The notes beneath the pieces were generated by a model. That model had not been told where the DNA came from. It saw only the letters and a program-made list of their open reading frames with translations, and searched no databases. This document shows positions 59,565 to 64,000 of a DNA stretch of 64,000 nt, piece by piece. Position 1 is the stretch's first letter. The number at the start of each line of letters is the position of its first letter. The stretch is taken from positions 26,323 through 90,322 of IMG/VR virus record IMGVR_UViG_3300032282_002699; one strand, written 5' to 3'. A program made the position numbers and the translations under genes. The stretch is from a virus.

Positions 59565-59815
59565 GACAAGAGGCTGACCTGGGAGAAAGACCTTACTAGC
59601 CCATTTACAAAACTCAGAGAAAAAAGATGAAAGTTGACATTGATGCAGAAGGATGTCTAACCATCACTGCCACTACGGACATGGAAAGATACGCCCTAAA
59701 CCAGTGGTGGTCTAACTACAATGGGGGGAATAACTCGTCATCCCTCGCCCTCATCTACGATACGTCTAGAAAAGATCAGGATTACATTAGGGACTACCAT
59801 TGATCTTGATGGGGG

Positions 59816-59888
59816 TTGGCAGTTCCCCGCCGGGTGTGCTATAATATGGGGGTAAGCGGGTGAGGCCCGCACCGCTCTTAGAACGATG
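59816..59888 (+). promoter_or_regulatory. Promoter-hairpin leader element copy 13
   Basis: TTGGCA-N18-TATAAT ATGGGGGTAA GCGGGT-GAG-GCCCGC ACCGC ... ATG. Confidence 0.85.
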
Positions 59889-60092
59889 CTCCACCCCATC
59901 TACAACCCCCTCCGCACCTTCACCGTTACGACCGCTGACGGCAACGGCCTGGACGGTGAGGAGTACATTCAGCTCAACGACGCTCGGGAGGTCGCCCAAG
60001 GGTTCGCTGATGAACTAAATGAGGCCGTGAATGTGGTTGAGGAGCACGGCCCCTTCGATACCGAAGTGGTTGAAACTGTTTACCCTAAGTGA
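59886..60092 (+). CDS. small acidic protein
   Basis: Follows leader copy 13. Confidence 0.6.
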   Translation: MLHPIYNPLRTFTVTTADGNGLDGEEYIQLNDAREVAQGFADELNEAVNVVEEHGPFDTEVVETVYPK

Positions 60093-61012
60093 TTAAGGAG
60101 ATTGATAAAATGCCCACCTACAATCTGTTTTTTAGCGACGGAATCTCCGCCTCAATGGGCATAACTACCGCCAATACCAAAAGGTGGAAATCTATGCCGA
60201 CTCCCTGTGGAGGTGCCCGGAAATGCTCACTATTCGCAACTTCCTCATTTCACTGGTAGAAGACAATGAGCTTTGAGGAGGTTACGGAAGAGTGGCATCG
60301 TAGTCACGGTGGCGAAAGGCACTTGCGCCGAGTGTCTGAGAGGATGTGGGTAAGTGTGCTTTACCGTTTGACTGGATTTGGATGGATGCAATGGGAGACT
60401 GCCATTGTCAGGATCAGGGATGATGATGATCCTCTTAAGTACCAGAGGGGGTCGTGGGATGATAGGGAAATGTTTATGGTGGGAGGGGATTGGAGACATG
60501 AACTTGAGCACCTTGACGAGTCTGGGCTATTGGAATGGTTCAAACTAAAATCCCAAGACGCAAACGATTAGATAGTAGGGAAATGAAACCAAAAGAAGCT
60601 GGATTTGATGGAGAAAAAGGTGTCAATTTGAACATCCCCCATATGAAAGGAGGGGGAGTATACTGTCTAAGGCGTGGTAAGAAACCACCCATCGAAAACC
60701 TTAAACGGCCTTTCAACAATCAGCTCTGCTGGTACTACCCGGATGGGCAAGACCCTAAGCTGTTATACTGTAATGATGGGGGAGAATGGTTCGACCTATC
60801 TTTTGAGCCAGTCAATGTAGAGGAGCTATGATGAGGGAACCTGAAGGGAAAGTATGCCCCTACTGTGCTGGTGGGGGTCTGAGATACGTTCTATTGAACC
60901 CCGATGGATACCACTGTCACTCAGAGGAACCTAACATCGGAGTTGACTACTGTGAGGAATGCGGGGGTACAGGTTACGTGAATGACAATGACTTTTTAGA
61001 GGATGGTGAAGA

Positions 61013-61243
61013 ATGAAATCGAGCGAGTTTTGTTACTGGTTGCAGGGGTATTTTGAGCTTAGTCCGGAAGGGCAAGGACTATCCCCGGAACAGACAGACA
61101 TTGTGAAGAGACACCTGGCACTGGTGTTCGCCCATGAGATTGACCCGTCCTATGGGCCTAATCAGGAGAAGCTGCAGAACATTCACGATGGGAAGCCTCC
61201 GGTCAAGCCGTCCTCAGGGTCGGGAACCCTGTACCGGTGCTGA
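61013..61243 (+). CDS. conserved phage hypothetical protein (FCYWLQGYFE family)
   Basis: FCYWLQGYFEL...IVKRHLALVF.HEIDP. Confidence 0.65.
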   Translation: MKSSEFCYWLQGYFELSPEGQGLSPEQTDIVKRHLALVFAHEIDPSYGPNQEKLQNIHDGKPPVKPSSGSGTLYRC

Positions 61244-61245
61244 CG

Positions 61246-61324
61246 GGGCTTTCAGTGAAAGGGGCTTTTTCAACATTTGCTGAAATTTCACTCTCAGTGA
61301 AAAAGCCCAAAGGCTGAAAATCCC
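61246..61324. repeat. Nested ~80-bp imperfect palindrome
   Basis: GGGCTTTTTCA/TGAAAAAGCCC (11 bp) around the central palindrome TGAAATTTCA; outer TTTCAG/CTGAAA. Confidence 0.7.
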
Positions 61325-62143
61325 GCACCAGGGGTGCTATAATGATGGGGAGTTTACCCAGATGGAAATGGCGTACTTTAAGGAGGGGGATAGGGTTGAA
61401 GTGGTTAGAGACATCTTCAGAGCGGAAGGTGTCATAGACTTGACCAAACTCAGTAGGGTTAGGGGGAAGTATGCCTCTCAAGGGGAGGTGGGTACGGTAA
61501 AGGATCTGTTCAGGCCCGTCCCCACAGGATCAGGGGAAATAGGGAAATGGTATGCCAAGGTTGCTATGGATGGTGGCGGCATCAAGACTTTCCGCCTATC
61601 CTCCCTGAGCCGACTAACTGACCTTGGACGTTCGCCCGCAAAGCCATGAGCCGAAACATTGACCTTTCCTACTCTGAATGGGAAATCATCTCAGGTTGTC
61701 TATCTGATCGGGAATACCACCCGTTTATGATTCAGCCCACCCCTCTTAAAGAGTGGGAGGATCTTATCAAGGCCATTGGTCATTCAGGGCGCTCCGGGGA
61801 AGTCAAGTATTGCTTCAAGAGAGTCAATGTACATAACATCGTTCAGTTCATAGACAGTCCTAAGGCCATTAACACCTTGTGGAGGGAGTATTGGCGTAGG
61901 CAGGACATGCCTTATGTCATGGACGACCTGCCCACGTTCATAGGATTTGCCCTGAACCACATTGATGGCTTAAGCCTAGAAACCACCATGGGGGAATGGG
62001 CATCTATCAAAGATAGGTTGCGTGAAGCGGTGACGGAATCTGATCAGAGGTGTTGGACTGAAGGGAACTTGGCCGAGCTGTGCAGAGATGTCTGCAACCT
62101 GCCATAGGCATGGTATAATAGGGAGGTTCCCAGGATAAGAGCC

Positions 62144-62323
62144 ATGAGCGCCAATCCCTACGTTGACCACCTTGTTCAGAAAGGCTACACCGAGCGGGAG
62201 CTTCGCCAGCCTGCCCCCCAGCAGGCAGCCAAGGTTGTCCCTGAGTGGTACTTGAATCGTTACCCGGATGCCACGTGGGACAGCTACCAGGAGGGTCTGG
62301 CGGACTTCCTCAACGGGAACTGA
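62144..62323 (+). CDS. small hypothetical protein (59 aa)
   Basis: Hand-translated MSANPYVDHLVQKGY...; preceded by TATAAT at 62114. Confidence 0.55.
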   Translation: MSANPYVDHLVQKGYTERELRQPAPQQAAKVVPEWYLNRYPDATWDSYQEGLADFLNGN

Positions 62324-62456
62324 TGTCCCCTTAGCCAATGCCCCCTTGCGCCTTACCAGCGTTGGGGGCTTTCCCTTAGATGAGTATGGAAAGGATTACT
62401 CGACAAGAATGGAAACCTTGTAGTCTATCACACTCTCTAAACTTTTTTGAAAGAAT

Positions 62457-62843
62457 ATGAAAAACTTTTTTCTTTTTCTTCTAACTCTTTCATCCTTTAC
62501 TTTCCCACTTACGGCACAAGCTAAAACCTTTACTTACACAGAAATGTGTTGGTACAAGGGGGTTAAGCTAACTTGTAGTATAACCGACTCTAAGGATAGC
62601 GATGGCTTCCTCACCAGCCGAAACATCACGGGTTCGCTAGATGGTAAGGTTATAAAGGTTGACATTAGGGTGGATGATAAGGGGATGGTGATTAGGGATT
62701 CCGATTGTCAGTGTTCGTACCAGTCTTCCTATGGTATTGCTCCGGCACCGACAAGGGTAATCCAAGAGTCCGGGTTGCCCCCTGGCTACATCATTACTGC
62801 TGTAACCTGGAACCTATGGGTTCGGCAGATTACCTGGGATTGA
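62457..62843 (+). CDS. secreted/exported hypothetical protein
   Basis: Signal peptide MKNFFLFLLTLSSFTFPLTAQA. Confidence 0.6.
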   Translation: MKNFFLFLLTLSSFTFPLTAQAKTFTYTEMCWYKGVKLTCSITDSKDSDGFLTSRNITGSLDGKVIKVDIRVDDKGMVIRDSDCQCSYQSSYGIAPAPTRVIQESGLPPGYIITAVTWNLWVRQITWD

Positions 62844-62862
62844 CCCTCAACCCTGTTAAGGG

Positions 62863-62883
62863 AGGCCCGGAAGGGCCTTTTTT
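62863..62883 (+). terminator. Rho-independent terminator
   Basis: AGGCCC-GGAA-GGGCCT followed by a T-run. Confidence 0.75.
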
Positions 62884-62891
62884 CCGTAGGG

Positions 62892-62961
62892 GTGACAACC
62901 TGCGCCAAGGTGCTATAATACATGGGTAAGGCGGCGGGGCCGCCATCTCTTTAGACCAATG
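62892..62961 (+). promoter_or_regulatory. Promoter-hairpin leader element copy 14
   Basis: GTGACA-N16-TATAAT ACATGGGTAA GGCGGC-GGG-GCCGCC ATC ... ATG. Confidence 0.8.
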
Positions 62962-63234
62962 GAACCCTTCAAGTACATCAACCCCGAGGATCACCCCCTT
63001 TGCACCTTCAAGGAGGAGGAGCGTGAGGAGGGTCTGATGTTCCGCATTGAGAGTGAAAAGGAAGAGGATTGTTGCTTTGAGGGAGACCTTGAGGAGGTAA
63101 TGGCCATGTTCGATGCTGACGGTGTCCCCTACATCTTGACAGCCCTGGTCCCTCCCCCAGAGGAGTATGACGATTACAACATCCACAATCACCCTTCTCT
63201 CAGTGCTGCCGAAAGAAATCCAACTCTGCGATAG
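62959..63234 (+). CDS. acidic hypothetical protein
   Basis: Follows leader copy 14; C-terminal HPSLSAAERNPTL. Confidence 0.6.
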   Translation: MEPFKYINPEDHPLCTFKEEEREEGLMFRIESEKEEDCCFEGDLEEVMAMFDADGVPYILTALVPPPEEYDDYNIHNHPSLSAAERNPTLR

Positions 63235-63240
63235 CAGCTT

Positions 63241-63738
63241 ATGAACACACCTGGAGAAAGAGAAAAGTGGGAGGAATTCTTCTCCTCCCTAACAGAGCAT
63301 GAACTGGATGGTGTTGCGCTGATAAGGATCATAGAATGCTCTAACGGCTGCATCCAACATGCGTTTAGGGATAATGACCCTAGGGCCCTCCCCATAGAAC
63401 AAACCCGAGATACAATGAAGTTCTCTATGGGTCTGATGAAAACCCTTGACTTATGTTTGGGAGGCGTGACATACGACTTCTCTGAAACAACAAGGGAAGG
63501 TCTGAGGGGTATAAGGGAGTTGTATGTGAGAGGGTTCAAGCAAGGTGACCCTGAAGCGATGGATGAGTTCTTCCAGTCTTCTTATGCTTGCGTTGACTCC
63601 TTGGGGGTTGACAGGATGAGGAAGGCTACCACCACCGTCAAAAAGGAGCTAGCTGATGTATTCCCGCCGCATACGGTTGACTGGGGTTTCAACTACTTGA
63701 GTCGTCTCATGGAGTCAAGTCCTGGCAACGAAGATTAA
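63241..63738 (+). CDS. hypothetical protein
   Basis: ORF track. Confidence 0.65.
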   Translation: MNTPGEREKWEEFFSSLTEHELDGVALIRIIECSNGCIQHAFRDNDPRALPIEQTRDTMKFSMGLMKTLDLCLGGVTYDFSETTREGLRGIRELYVRGFKQGDPEAMDEFFQSSYACVDSLGVDRMRKATTTVKKELADVFPPHTVDWGFNYLSRLMESSPGNED

Positions 63739-63756
63739 AAACAAACAGCAAGGGAA

Positions 63757-64000
63757 ATGAAAGTAGGAATGATTGGTTTAGGGCGCATGGGAGAAGGTAT
63801 GTCCCGGCGCATGATGAAAGAAGGGATTGAGGTTTGGGGGTATCGTCGGGATTTCTCCAAAGCCCTAGACTCCTGTAGTAAGGGATATGTGTCCGGCGTA
63901 TGCCCGACCATTGAAGACCTTGCGAGAGAGGTGAAAAAAGACGGGAACCGGGGAGTATTCCAACTTGTGGTTCCGGCAGAAACTGTGGAGGAAACGCTAA
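63757..64000 (+). CDS. gnd: 6-phosphogluconate dehydrogenase (decarboxylating), 3'-truncated by window
   Basis: Hand-translated MKVGMIGLGRMGEGMSRRMMKEGIEVWGYRR...GVFQLVVPAETVEETL: Rossmann GxGxMG of the short 6PGDH type known from cyanophages. Confidence 0.85.
   Translation, partial: MKVGMIGLGRMGEGMSRRMMKEGIEVWGYRRDFSKALDSCSKGYVSGVCPTIEDLAREVKKDGNRGVFQLVVPAETVEETL

Noticed and set aside
60110-60277. Short ORF with a possible frameshift after the T-run at ~60128
   Set aside because: It is too degenerate to assign a product or frame; probably a decayed small gene.
36235-62961. Repeated hairpin elements as a CRISPR array or integron attC cassettes
   Set aside because: The copies are dispersed at irregular distances, each tied to a -10 box and an ATG. 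There are no regular spacers, cas genes, GTTRRRY cores or integrase in the window.
1-64000. tRNA or rRNA genes
   Set aside because: No cloverleaf with T-loop GTTCRA and acceptor stem, and no rRNA-like sequence, was recognised by eye. tRNAscan-SE would be needed to exclude them.

Overview
This 64 kb window comes from a large dsDNA myovirus, almost certainly a non-T4-like cyanophage: it has a cyanophage-type gnd at the right edge, cyanophage-style virion repeats in the sheath, and a cyanobacterial IS605-type end. Nearly all credible genes are on the + strand. 1-12.9 kb holds an RNA ligase, a glycosyltransferase, an NDT-like protein, a phosphoesterase, an ART-like protein, an HNH remnant, GyrA/ParC and a mitochondrial-Pol-gamma-like family A DNA polymerase. 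13-27.8 kb is a Mu-like virion module: a giant tail sheath, gp25, a GIY-YIG homing endonuclease, a DUF935 portal, a 1050-aa protease/scaffold, a head morphogenesis protein and a decoration protein. No major capsid protein or terminase was recognised in the window. 27.9-63.7 kb is an early/accessory region of many small genes behind sigma70-like promoters, with several DNA methyltransferases. Main findings: (i) 14 copies of a fixed-length promoter + covarying hairpin leader in front of unrelated early genes; (ii) an operon of three catalytically dead MTase paralogues plus one intein-containing catalytic MTase, where the parts missing from each type are complementary; (iii) a pseudoknot-capable 5' UTR on the tail sheath gene; (iv) a ~160-nt structured intergenic RNA candidate beside an orphan IS605 end; (v) a periodic [F/Y/H]-x-E motif punctuating the repeats of the protease/scaffold; (vi) a GGGTAA(A) candidate late promoter. 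All calls come from reading motifs by eye; no searches or folding programs were run.
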